In this document: positions 36,490 to 45,892 of the stretch, piece by piece
Layout: every line of letters starts with the position of its first letter
Numbering within the stretch: the first letter of the stretch is position 1
NCBI GenBank assembly: GCA_043806035.1
Contig: JAZDHK010000033.1
Span: 47,103-111,102, forward strand
Source: an archaeon
GTDB taxonomy: Archaea; Nanobdellota; Nanobdellia; Woesearchaeales; UBA9642
Direction of reading: 5' to 3'
Length of the DNA stretch: 64,000 nucleotides
Translations under genes and position numbers: made by a program
Notes under the pieces: generated by a model
The model's database searches: none
What the model saw: only the letters and a program-made list of their open reading frames with translations
Told to the model about the DNA's origin: nothing

Positions 36490-36560
36490 TGGGACTGCTG
36501 GGAATCGGACCCAGGTCAGGCGGCCCCGAACCGCCGATGATACCACTACACTACAGCCCC
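36490..36560 (-). tRNA. tRNA-Pro(CGG)
   Basis: GGGGCTG/CAGTCCC acceptor; anticodon arm GGCGG-TTCGGGG-CCGCC; atypical T-loop TCCGATT. Confidence 0.9.
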
Positions 36561-36576
36561 GCGGTATTTTTCAGAA

Positions 36577-37617
36577 TTAATCGCCATTTATAAGCTTATT
36601 CCCTGCGTAGTGGTCGAATTCGTCGAGGAGTTTGATGCAATCGTCGATGTGCAAAAATGCTGATTTTATTCCTTTCTTTGCAATGTCATAAATCATTTTT
36701 TGAGTAAATCCAAGATGCTCGATGAGTTGCATGTATTCTTTCGTTACGGTGGTATCTGATATCGTCCTGTTGTCCGTGCAGATGGCAAGGCGCAATCCTC
36801 TGTTGTAGTACGTACGTACAGGATGCGTGTCGAGCGATGCCACCGCTCCGGTGTCGATGTTGCTGGTGATACACGTTTCGATTGGAATGCGTTGTGTGTT
36901 GATGAAGTCGAAGAGTTTTGTGCTTTCGCGCAAGGAGATGCCGTGGCCGATACGTCGTGCATTGAGGTAGATGATCGCTTGTGCGATGCTTGCAACATCA
37001 TCTGCTTCTCCGGCGTGTGTCGTTACGGGGAGAAAGTTTCTGAGGACGGGCATGATGATCTGCTCGAACAGTTCAGGTCTGTTGCCTTTTTCTGGTCCTG
37101 CAAGGTCAAATCCAATCGCTCCTCGTTCTTGGTAGTTGATGGCGAGCTCCACCGCACGCTTTGTCGCTTCGAGGTCGTTGCGGATGCCGCACACAATGAC
37201 GCCCGCGTACATGCCGAAATCTCTTTTTGCACGTGCAATGCCGTCGAGGGTTGCCTCCATTATTGCATACAATCGTAGGCTCTCTTTTTCATAATTGGTT
37301 GGCCCGAACCGTAATTCGAGAACGTTGACGTTCTCTGCATGTGCGTCTTGGCATATCTCGTATGCTGCTCTTGAGAATGCATCAGGTTTGACGAAGACGG
37401 ATTCGCATATCGCTATGCCTTCTAAGTATCTGACCAGGGATTTGTCTTGCTTGTTCTTGTACACGACGAGCTTGCGCAGTTCCTCCTCATTTTTTGCAGG
37501 AAGCGCAACCCCGTATTGGTCGGCAAGCTCGAGAAGACTGGTTATTCTTGTCGAGCCGGCGAGATGGCAGTGTAAGTCAGTCTTGGGCATGTCAATAAGC
37601 CATTGCGGCGTTTCCAT
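36577..37617 (-). CDS. add: Adenosine deaminase
   Basis: PKTDLHCHL.GS, GFDLAG.E, HAGE, RIGHG, SN, TD motifs. Confidence 0.93.
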   Translation of the reverse strand: METPQWLIDMPKTDLHCHLAGSTRITSLLELADQYGVALPAKNEEELRKLVVYKNKQDKSLVRYLEGIAICESVFVKPDAFSRAAYEICQDAHAENVNVLELRFGPTNYEKESLRLYAIMEATLDGIARAKRDFGMYAGVIVCGIRNDLEATKRAVELAINYQERGAIGFDLAGPEKGNRPELFEQIIMPVLRNFLPVTTHAGEADDVASIAQAIIYLNARRIGHGISLRESTKLFDFINTQRIPIETCITSNIDTGAVASLDTHPVRTYYNRGLRLAICTDNRTISDTTVTKEYMQLIEHLGFTQKMIYDIAKKGIKSAFLHIDDCIKLLDEFDHYAGNKLINGD

Positions 37618-37690
37618 AACTACTTAATAATGGTAAATGATTTATAAATGTTGTGGAAAGCTTTTTAATGCGAGTGCTGTTCGTGCATGC

Positions 37691-38377
37691 ATGGACAAAC
37701 AGGAACGCGTGCAGAAGCTCATCGCCCAATCCGGATGGTGCAGCCGACGCAAAGCAGAAGAATTCATTGCAGAAGGAAGAGTGACGGTCAACGGGCACGC
37801 TATCAAGCTCGGTGACAAAGCAACTCCGCAAGACAACATACTCGTTGACGGCAGAAAGGTCGTTCTTGAAAAGAAAGTGACTATCATGCTCAACAAGCCA
37901 AAGCACTACATCTCAGCCATGAGCGACCAGTTCTACAACAAGACACTTTCCAAACTGCTCCCTGTTGAAGAACGAATATTTCACATAGGCCGACTGGACA
38001 AGGACGCCCGAGGCATGCTTCTTCTCACGAACGATGGAGACCTCGCCAACAGGATCATGCATCCTCGCTATCAAATAACAAAAACGTACATTGCACAGCT
38101 CGATGGTGTCTTCACCAAGCAGCACAAGGAGATCCTGGAGAGGGGCATACGGCTCAAGGACGGCTTCGTGAAAGCAAGGATCCGCCAATTAGAGAAGAAC
38201 CTCATTGAACTTACGCTTGCAGAGGGCAAGCACAAGATTGTGAAACGGGCATTCCAATACTTTGGTTTTCGCGTCGTCGATTTGAAGCGCACGAAGATAG
38301 GCCAGCTCAGCATCGACGTCAAGGAAAGAGGCTACCGCACCCTAACCGGGCAGGACATCAAAAAGATATTCGCATGA
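37691..38377 (+). CDS. RsuA/RluB-family rRNA pseudouridine synthase with an S4 domain
   Basis: RVQKLIA..G..SRRKAE, LNKP, GRLD. Confidence 0.93.
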   Translation: MDKQERVQKLIAQSGWCSRRKAEEFIAEGRVTVNGHAIKLGDKATPQDNILVDGRKVVLEKKVTIMLNKPKHYISAMSDQFYNKTLSKLLPVEERIFHIGRLDKDARGMLLLTNDGDLANRIMHPRYQITKTYIAQLDGVFTKQHKEILERGIRLKDGFVKARIRQLEKNLIELTLAEGKHKIVKRAFQYFGFRVVDLKRTKIGQLSIDVKERGYRTLTGQDIKKIFA

Positions 38378-38447
38378 GTGCTGCTGTCTCTTTGCAGTGC
38401 TTTCAGCACTACATAATCCTTATATATGCCGCTGCATTTTCACCAGC

Positions 38448-39449
38448 ATGACACTCAAGCAACTCGTAACGGACGGCATAGCAACCATAGCGGCGTTGCC
38501 AGCAAACAATGCAATAACCATGCATGATCTGAACAAGTACATAGGCTACACCGTCCCCCTCATAGCACACGACTATGCGGCAAAAACACCGCAGCTCTGG
38601 AATGCGCTGTATGCAAGACTCAATCTGCCGTATAGGAATATCATGCTCGTTGCCAATCCAGAAAACATTCCCATCATCTTTGCTGCGTTCAGGAAAGACC
38701 CTAAGTATTTGGGTGGAGGTGCAGGTGTAGGATTTAAGGAGAAGGTCATCCCGTACCTTGACAAAGTCGTCCCCGAAGACCTTAAATCAGTCAACATCAT
38801 TGTGAAAGAACAAGGTCTGCTCGTCGGCTACAATACGGACGCAAAAGGACTCTATCTGAGCGTGGAGCAGGAACTCATGAAGCTGAACAAGAGCGTGAAC
38901 GGAAGTGCCGTAGTGCTCATCGGAGCTGGCGGCGTGGCAAAAGAGTTCGCGAAACATCTTGCTGAACATGGAGCGCGCAGGATAGCAATTATCAACAGGA
39001 CGGTGTGGAAGGCGACCACGCTCGCGCACGACCTTTCTACAACATTCGGCATTGAGAGCTATGCCGTTCCCGAAGACAGCATTCGTGGAGCGGTGCTCAA
39101 CACGATCGTGAAGCCAGATATCATCGTCAACACCTCTGACAAAGGCAGCGATGCTCTTCCTGAGACTGCAGCATTCGCTGCAGAAGGTCCCACGAACAAC
39201 ACGCAATCGCTTGAACTGTTGAGGAATTTGTACCTATTCAATCCCGATGTGGTGCTCATTGACATCGTTCTGCCGCAACGAAGATCAATAACGTTGCGCC
39301 TTGCGGAGAGTGCGAAGCTCGAACATCTCGTCGACGGCACGCCCATGGTTATCAATCAGGCAGCGCCTGCATTCAAGCTGGTCGCAGATGCCCATCCCGG
39401 GCATGGCGGAGGATTATCAGAAGCAGAGATTCTCGAATACATGACCTGA
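38448..39449 (+). CDS. Shikimate dehydrogenase-like (AroE superfamily) oxidoreductase, divergent
   Basis: SVN, GYNTD, GAGGVA and NRT motifs; the substrate-binding segments are atypical. Confidence 0.75.
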   Translation: MTLKQLVTDGIATIAALPANNAITMHDLNKYIGYTVPLIAHDYAAKTPQLWNALYARLNLPYRNIMLVANPENIPIIFAAFRKDPKYLGGGAGVGFKEKVIPYLDKVVPEDLKSVNIIVKEQGLLVGYNTDAKGLYLSVEQELMKLNKSVNGSAVVLIGAGGVAKEFAKHLAEHGARRIAIINRTVWKATTLAHDLSTTFGIESYAVPEDSIRGAVLNTIVKPDIIVNTSDKGSDALPETAAFAAEGPTNNTQSLELLRNLYLFNPDVVLIDIVLPQRRSITLRLAESAKLEHLVDGTPMVINQAAPAFKLVADAHPGHGGGLSEAEILEYMT

Positions 39450-39450
39450 G

Positions 39451-40926
39451 TTATTTCTTTTTTGCATTCTCGAGCATGTTCTCGATGAAATGCTTGTTGA
39501 GCAGTTCCCTCTCGCGAGCAGGGATATCTGGATTCTTGGGTTTTTTCCTGGACGATTTCTCCGGCTCTTTTTTCGGTTTTGCATGCGGGTGATAGCTGCT
39601 AATGCTCTGGAACGTCATGCCGTTCGGCCTGATGAACAATGTCTCTCGTTGGAGATGCTTGCCAAAATTCACCTCGATGAGTCGCATCTCCTTTAAGGTA
39701 GGGAGGAGGAAGAGCGCTGCGCCGAATCTCGCTATGCCCGAAATGACGAAGACGGTCTTGATGGTGAGCAGTCCGGTGAGCAGACCGCCGAGCATGGCCC
39801 CCGCAAAGATGCCTATGCCGTTGAGCAGGTTAAGGTAGGCAACGTATCTCGTTCGCCGTTCTGGGTCTGTAGCGTCAAAGATGAAGTTTCCCGCAGCGAG
39901 GTTGAACCCACCCCAGGCAGCTCCTGACAGTGCGTGCACGGCAATGAGCCACCAGAAATTGGGAGCGAGGATGAACACGATGGGAATGAGCGGCACGAGG
40001 AATCCCGTGATGACGAGCAAGCGCTTGCTGCCCTGCTCGTCGTTAAGTTTTCCCCATAACGTCAGGAAAATGAGATTGGCGAACAGATCGATGCCGTTGA
40101 GGATGGTGAATTGCCAATAGCTGACATGCAGGTGCTTGAGTAGGTAGACGGCAAAGAACGGGCTGCTGATTGCTGTCGCTATCTTGAGGAAAAAGATGAA
40201 CAGGACGAACCTGCCGTAGTTGTTCTTGGGAAGGTTGTGCAAGAACGTGAAGAGCCCAGCAACGTGTATTGCTTTTTTCTTCTCAGGAATGCGTTCCTGC
40301 ATATTCATGAGAAAGACGGCAGAGCTAATGCGCGCGATAATGGCTATGCCGAAGAGAATGGTGAATCCGATAAGTGCGTTCGTCGTCGAGAATTTGTTGA
40401 GAATGAATCCTGCGATGAATGCCGAAAGGAAACTCACCAGTCCAGTGATTTGGTTTCTTTTGCTGAAATACTTCCCGCGCTCATGCTCCTCTACTAAGTC
40501 GCCCATCATGCTTCTCCATAAGGGATTGATGAACACGCCCGCAGATGCAACCAAGGTCATGAAGATGAGCAAGAACATGCCGCCATACCCTTCTTTAGCA
40601 AAATAGGGTATGAGAAGAATGGGCAGCCAGAGTATTGCCTGCATGAGTGCGGAGATGACGATGACGGTCTTTCGTGACTTGACGAGCTCGCTCGCCTTGA
40701 TGGCACCGAGCTGGAAGAAACTACCGAAGAGATCAGGAACGCTGGCGAGCAGGGAGATGATGAGGTTGCTTGATTTGAGGAAGAGTGCGAAGGGAATGAT
40801 GAATATGCTCGTGAATCCATCCATCATTGCAAAGCATGAGCCGTCAAGAATGGAGTAGCGTAAGCTTTTCTTTCGTTTCTGCTCCTCTTGTGCAGGGTCT
40901 GGAGACATGTGTGTTGCCTCTTGCAT
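39451..40926 (-). CDS. MFS transporter
   Basis: About 12 TM helices; ERGKYFS.R and GKL.D..G motifs. Confidence 0.9.
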   Translation of the reverse strand: MQEATHMSPDPAQEEQKRKKSLRYSILDGSCFAMMDGFTSIFIIPFALFLKSSNLIISLLASVPDLFGSFFQLGAIKASELVKSRKTVIVISALMQAILWLPILLIPYFAKEGYGGMFLLIFMTLVASAGVFINPLWRSMMGDLVEEHERGKYFSKRNQITGLVSFLSAFIAGFILNKFSTTNALIGFTILFGIAIIARISSAVFLMNMQERIPEKKKAIHVAGLFTFLHNLPKNNYGRFVLFIFFLKIATAISSPFFAVYLLKHLHVSYWQFTILNGIDLFANLIFLTLWGKLNDEQGSKRLLVITGFLVPLIPIVFILAPNFWWLIAVHALSGAAWGGFNLAAGNFIFDATDPERRTRYVAYLNLLNGIGIFAGAMLGGLLTGLLTIKTVFVISGIARFGAALFLLPTLKEMRLIEVNFGKHLQRETLFIRPNGMTFQSISSYHPHAKPKKEPEKSSRKKPKNPDIPARERELLNKHFIENMLENAKKK

Positions 40927-40935
40927 GAAGGATAT

Positions 40936-42090
40936 TTAAGCTTTTGCAGCTTTCCTCACTGCTTCAGCAACTGCCTTCGTGACGTTCTTGTCGAGAATGT
41001 TTGGAAGGATCTCTTCAGCAGTCGGCTGCCGGATACAGCTTGCAAGTGCGTGTGCTGCTGCCAACTTCATCTCATGGGTAATGCGGGATGCTCGTGCGTC
41101 CAGCGCTCCTCTGAAAATACCTGGGAATGCAAGCACATTATTCACTTGGTTGGGGAAGTCGCTCCTTCCCGTTGCGACGATTGCAGCTCCTGCTTTTTTT
41201 GCCAGGTCAGGCATGATTTCAGGAACGGGATTTGCCATGGCGAAGATGATGCAGTCATTTGCCATGCTCTTTACCATGTCCTCGTGCAGTGTGCCGGCGA
41301 CGCTCACCCCGATGAAGACATCTCGTTCCTTGACTGCGTCAGCCAGCGTCCCTTGCAGCCCGTGCTTGTTTGTCATGTTCGCAAGCAGTTCCTTTTCCTC
41401 GTTCAAGTCTGTCCTTTCTGCGCTGATGATACCTTTGCTGTCGCAAACAATGATGTCGCTAACGTTTTGGGACAGCAAGAATTTTGTGATTGCCGTTCCC
41501 GCAGCACCTGCGCCACTGATGACTACTTTGCATGCATCGAGCTTTCGTTCTGTTACTTTGCATGCATTGAGCAATCCTGCCAAAACGACGACTGCCGTGC
41601 CGTGCTGGTCGTCATGCATGACGGGGATGCCTATATCCTGCAGTTGTTCCTCGACAGCAAAACAGCGTGGTGCAGAAATGTCCTCGAGATTTATCCCTCC
41701 GAAAACAGGCGCGATGTTCTGCACAACCAGGATAATATCTTCTGTTTTTTGCGAAGCGATGCAAATAGGGAATGCGTCGATACCTGCGAATTCCTTGAAG
41801 AGCGCGGCCTTGCCCTCCATGACGGGAATGGCCGCTTCAGCACCAATATTCCCCAGACCCAAGACAGAGGAACCATCGCTTACGACGGCGACCGTGTTGC
41901 CCTTAATAGTATACGTGTAGACATCGTTTCTGTTTTTGGCTATTTGCCTGCACGGTTCTGCAACACCCGGGGTGTAGGCGAGACTGAGGTCATCCCTGTT
42001 TTGTAAAGGGACCTTGTTTTTTATCTCGAGTTTTCCTCTGTATGCTTTGTGTAGCGCTAATGCTTCTTCGTAGACGTCCATGCGGTTCAC
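40936..42090 (-). CDS. maeB: NAD(P)-dependent malic enzyme
   Basis: LSLAYTPGVA, VMEGK, INLEDI, HDDQHGT, GAGAAG, NNVLAFPG. Confidence 0.95.
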   Translation of the reverse strand: MNRMDVYEEALALHKAYRGKLEIKNKVPLQNRDDLSLAYTPGVAEPCRQIAKNRNDVYTYTIKGNTVAVVSDGSSVLGLGNIGAEAAIPVMEGKAALFKEFAGIDAFPICIASQKTEDIILVVQNIAPVFGGINLEDISAPRCFAVEEQLQDIGIPVMHDDQHGTAVVVLAGLLNACKVTERKLDACKVVISGAGAAGTAITKFLLSQNVSDIIVCDSKGIISAERTDLNEEKELLANMTNKHGLQGTLADAVKERDVFIGVSVAGTLHEDMVKSMANDCIIFAMANPVPEIMPDLAKKAGAAIVATGRSDFPNQVNNVLAFPGIFRGALDARASRITHEMKLAAAHALASCIRQPTAEEILPNILDKNVTKAVAEAVRKAAKA

Positions 42091-42338
42091 CTGAAGTATC
42101 GTTCTCTCGTGAGTTCTGCTGCGTGCAACAATGCGTGCGTGTACAGATTGGCGCTCTGTGCCTCATCTAATACCGTGATGCCGTCTTGCATGCACCGTTC
42201 TTTGAAAGCAACCTCGAATGCATGCCTGAGTTCGCTACAGAACTTGTGAGCGTCAGTAAAGTTGAATTGGTAGAGGCTGCTAGCAGCATCGAGTTCTTGC
42301 AACCACGCAGATTCTCTGTTGTATAGCCTGTCCATCAT
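42087..42338 (-). CDS. Hypothetical protein
   Basis: 83-aa ORF overlapping the malic enzyme start; TATA-like element upstream. Confidence 0.45.
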   Translation of the reverse strand: MMDRLYNRESAWLQELDAASSLYQFNFTDAHKFCSELRHAFEVAFKERCMQDGITVLDEAQSANLYTHALLHAAELTRERYFR

Positions 42339-42431
42339 GGTGCTGCACTGTAGAGTGTATTTATATGCTTTTTCAGACGCAGGGCAATGTTTAAATATGC
42401 TGACGCAGTTTCTACGTATGGGAGGGAAATC

Positions 42432-42860
42432 ATGAGCTTAACAGAACTGATGCAAACGATTGAGCCGACGATGACAGCGACGGGATATGGGCTTGCTGTA
42501 GGTGCGAGCGCGTATGTCGTGGGCAGTGCAGCATGGAGCTTGCGCAGAGGGACTACCTTCTTGCAGCAGCTGAAGACACCTTACACGATATTGGTGGGCG
42601 CGTTGGTCGGAGGGATAACTGCGTTCATTGCGTATGCGGGACTTTCTCCAGACAACATATCTGCGCTTGACCAAGTAGTCCAGTTTGTGGGTGCAGCGGG
42701 CATAGGTGCCGGTCTGGGATCCATAGTCAGACCCATAGGTCATGCCATGCGTACGCATGACGGCTTGTTTGATGACATCAAGAACCAAGCATACAATGGT
42801 GCGGTTCGTGGCGCAGTCATAGCACCCATAACATATGCGGGAATGAAGTTGCTCACTTAA
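42432..42860 (+). CDS. Gly/Ala-rich multi-helix membrane protein with an internal repeat
   Basis: GGAGGG ribosome-binding site; two helix pairs, each followed by (L/F)xx(L/I)KxxxY...GA.VG/GA..GA. Confidence 0.65.
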   Translation: MSLTELMQTIEPTMTATGYGLAVGASAYVVGSAAWSLRRGTTFLQQLKTPYTILVGALVGGITAFIAYAGLSPDNISALDQVVQFVGAAGIGAGLGSIVRPIGHAMRTHDGLFDDIKNQAYNGAVRGAVIAPITYAGMKLLT

Positions 42861-44260
42861 TCGTCCAACTGTTCCCAACGTTGTGGGAGCTCAGCGAGCT
42901 TTTTCTTCCTCAAGAAGGTCATGTTTGGTTTTTTTCCTGCAGCAAGCAGTTCTTGCTGCAATTGTAGGACGGTGCTGAGACTGAACAGCAGTGATGTTCT
43001 GATATGCTGTAAGTCAGGCTTGTACTCAGGCAGATAGATGCCTCTGTTTGCAAGAATGCCGTTGAGTTCTGCCTTGTTCCTGAACTTGTACTCGTGCGTG
43101 GAATTGAGGCTGTGCTGCAGGAAAAACCTGATATTCTTGACGATGAATTCATAAAGGTTTGGCTTGCCGATGATTTTCTCAGGTGACGTGTATGCCCAGT
43201 TGAGACTGCCCGCAACCGTCTTGAGCTTCACGTACGCGTGGGATATGCCTCGTTCGATGACCTCTTCCCTGTCGATGATGGGAAAGTCGAACTCGCCATG
43301 AAGGACGAGCGTGTGTTCGAGGAATTCTCGCGAGTCGTGCAGGAAACGGATGTGTCGCTGCAAGTATTCATCTGAGGAGGGGAAGAGGTGGATGCCGACA
43401 TGCTTTGCGAGCGAGCTGTGCTCTGCGCCCTCGACTACTTTTTCTTCGAGAACGCTTGGCTTGGTTAAGCGCAATACATTGTGTGCTTTGCGCAGGTCCT
43501 TGACTCGCACCCAGTTGTCGTAGTCGCTGAACTGTGCAGGATCATCTGTCCTGCTTGCTGATCCGTACAGGAGTATGCCTACGAGATTGTCTCCTAACTT
43601 TTCCCTGAGCCACTGCACGTAGGGAAAGCGATGCTGCAATTCATGCTCGCTCACTTCTACAGTCCTTTTCCTGATTTCGAATTTTCTCTTGCCCGAGGGA
43701 ATCTCGAGCAAGTATTCCATGAACTGATACTTCATTTGTGACAATGCTTCGTCCCAATGCTGTTCGTTGCGCAGGTCGCCAAACAAGAAAGGATATGGTC
43801 GTTCTTTCAGGTGATCGTAGATCTGACCGATCATGTAGAGTCTGTTGAGGACGTGTGCCTTGTTCACGACCGTTCCTAGTTCTCGCCTGCCGTGGATGAT
43901 TGCACTATCCAGTGTTGCTCCCTTTGCTTCTATTTCCGTTTGCAATTGCAGCAGTACTCGTTCTGATTCGGGAATCCAGTTTTGATCCAGTCCAAAGTAC
44001 TCCTGCATGAACTTGTTAGGCATCTTTTGCGTTATTCTTCTGAATGTTGTGGGAATATAGTCACGAAATCCCTTGATGACATCGATGGACCACGGATTAG
44101 TGAGTGTGTTCTCATCGCTGCTTTGCAGGATGTGTTGTATGTCGTCTGGAGTGGGAATGCCCTCCACTACGACAGGATGTACGAACTGGTAGGTCTCTTC
44201 ATATGGCAGGCCGGGCACCTGGTAGTTCGGGCCTATGTCCTCATAGAGTATCTTGGCCAT
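42857..44260 (-). CDS. Pol-beta-family nucleotidyltransferase with large flanking helical regions
   Basis: GILLYGSASR...SDYDNWVRV (hG[GS]...DxD motif). Confidence 0.75.
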   Translation of the reverse strand: MAKILYEDIGPNYQVPGLPYEETYQFVHPVVVEGIPTPDDIQHILQSSDENTLTNPWSIDVIKGFRDYIPTTFRRITQKMPNKFMQEYFGLDQNWIPESERVLLQLQTEIEAKGATLDSAIIHGRRELGTVVNKAHVLNRLYMIGQIYDHLKERPYPFLFGDLRNEQHWDEALSQMKYQFMEYLLEIPSGKRKFEIRKRTVEVSEHELQHRFPYVQWLREKLGDNLVGILLYGSASRTDDPAQFSDYDNWVRVKDLRKAHNVLRLTKPSVLEEKVVEGAEHSSLAKHVGIHLFPSSDEYLQRHIRFLHDSREFLEHTLVLHGEFDFPIIDREEVIERGISHAYVKLKTVAGSLNWAYTSPEKIIGKPNLYEFIVKNIRFFLQHSLNSTHEYKFRNKAELNGILANRGIYLPEYKPDLQHIRTSLLFSLSTVLQLQQELLAAGKKPNMTFLRKKKLAELPQRWEQLDD

Positions 44261-45155
44261 GCTTGTCAGCAATGGAGCATTCTTTATAAATTTTGGGCAC
44301 AGTATTCTCTTGGGGAAGCAGGACGTGATTCCACTCTGTCTTTCTTACGAGAATCATGCGTTGGCCGTTCATCACTTCTTGACCTAGGATGTAGTATCTG
44401 AAGCCCTCTTCAATGTTTTCTTGTATTGCCTGCCATGCCCTCGTATCTGCGGGGTAGAATGCCCGGTTAGGCGCTATTTCCTCTGTGTTGAGGGGAACGC
44501 CGTGCAGACGTTCTTTCAGCAGCTGCTCGTCGACGATGCTCTGATAGATGAATGTGTGCTCAGCGGTGTGGAGGAGAAACTGTGCATTGACCAACTGCAG
44601 CGGGGCTATCTTTGCGTGCAAACGCACAGCGGTGTTTGTGTATTGTGTGATGCCCGTTATGTGCTTCGCTTTGTAGGTGAGCAGACCCAGAAGTTTCGTC
44701 GGGAAGCCCATGCCCGGAATGACTGATGCCAGCGTGTGTGCAACCATGCTCCCTTTCTCGGCATAGTGTGGTGTGGGCAGGGCGCAGAACGTGCTGATAG
44801 GCACTAATCCTGTGTAGTTGTGTGGCAAGGAGAACTTCTCCAGAACTACTGATGGAAGCTGTTCTGCAGGATACGCAACACCGACAAATGCGCTCGGCAG
44901 CAGTCCACAGTCGAGCATCACCCAACGAGGCATGGCCAAGTGCTTATCTCCATAGGCAATGCCGTCCAGCTGGTGGAGCAGGTTGAGGAACGGTTGCTGT
45001 TTCTTGTCCAGAACATCGATGACGTGCAAAGGAGTGCCGAACGGAGAAAGATCATATGCGGCCATGTTTGCCGTATTGCCCGCTATGTACGAAATGCCCG
45101 AGAGGAGGTGCTCGAGCGGAGTCATGGTCTTTGCAGTTTGCTGTGTTGTTGTCAT
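44241..45155 (-). CDS. Uncharacterised enzyme-like protein, possibly GNAT-related fold
   Basis: Long ORF overlapping the NTase start; motif-like blocks MPRWVMLDC, PISTF, HTLAS..PGMG..TK, GITQY..AV.LH. An alternative start lies at 45197. Confidence 0.6.
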   Translation of the reverse strand: MTTTQQTAKTMTPLEHLLSGISYIAGNTANMAAYDLSPFGTPLHVIDVLDKKQQPFLNLLHQLDGIAYGDKHLAMPRWVMLDCGLLPSAFVGVAYPAEQLPSVVLEKFSLPHNYTGLVPISTFCALPTPHYAEKGSMVAHTLASVIPGMGFPTKLLGLLTYKAKHITGITQYTNTAVRLHAKIAPLQLVNAQFLLHTAEHTFIYQSIVDEQLLKERLHGVPLNTEEIAPNRAFYPADTRAWQAIQENIEEGFRYYILGQEVMNGQRMILVRKTEWNHVLLPQENTVPKIYKECSIADKHGQDTL

Positions 45156-45200
45156 AGCAGACGAGATGTGCGATTGTCTTTTAAGCCTATCGTCCATAAA

Positions 45201-45225
45201 TGAACATTTTTAACAATAATGTTCA
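45201..45225. promoter_or_regulatory. Inverted repeat between divergent promoters (candidate operator)
   Basis: TGAACATT-N9-AATGTTCA, plus a third half-site GAACATT at 45231 overlapping TATA tttata. Confidence 0.6.
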
Positions 45226-45265
45226 AAACAGAACATTTATAGATGGGTAGTGCCTTTTAGTGCAC

Positions 45266-45892
45266 ATGTCCATTGCGCGCACAGTCAAGCACTACGTCAT
45301 CGAACATGCGTTCGTACATAAGGCACTCAGACAGCACCTGCTCAACTATTCATCGCTAGCGCGAAAGATTATCAAGGACTGCTCGCTTTCTCCTAAGGAT
45401 TTTGGTGCAATAGTCGTTGCGCTGCGCAGGATACAGGACAAACATCCAGACATGACGACACGCAAGATAGCACGCATCCTGCAGGAATCACATCTCGAGA
45501 TACGGACAGGCATAGTTGTTTTCATCATTGAGAAAGAATATCTGGGAAAGAAGGTGACAGAATTGCATGCAAGGGTCAAAGATGCCAAGGGAAGTATACA
45601 CGTGATTGAAGGCGTCGATGTCATGACCATCATTACAACCACTGATTGCGAACGTCTTGTTACGCACTATTTTCGCAGCGAGATTATCAGCAAGCAGGGA
45701 CATCTCGTCGAGCTCATCCTGCGCAGCCCACAATTCCTTGAGAACACGCCGGGCGTGACATCGTATTTGTGTGGACTTCTCGCCGAGCGCGACGTGAATA
45801 TTGTCGAGATGATGAGCTGCTGGACGGACACCATCTTCATCATAGCAGAGAACGATTTAGAAAAGGCAGTTGCTGCATTCTCAGTGTCGTAA
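45266..45892 (+). CDS. ACT-domain protein with an N-terminal helical (HTH-like) domain; probable ligand-sensing regulator
   Basis: LNYSSLARKI N-terminus; C-terminal TPGV..L...LA...VNIVE..SCWTD (ACT). Confidence 0.8.
   Translation: MSIARTVKHYVIEHAFVHKALRQHLLNYSSLARKIIKDCSLSPKDFGAIVVALRRIQDKHPDMTTRKIARILQESHLEIRTGIVVFIIEKEYLGKKVTELHARVKDAKGSIHVIEGVDVMTIITTTDCERLVTHYFRSEIISKQGHLVELILRSPQFLENTPGVTSYLCGLLAERDVNIVEMMSCWTDTIFIIAENDLEKAVAAFSVS

Noticed and set aside
40888-42006. Long + strand ORFs (372 and 313 aa), and similar antisense ORFs at 18164-19111 and 48810-49478
   Set aside because: They are antisense shadows of clearly identified genes (malic enzyme, DsbA, PCNA).
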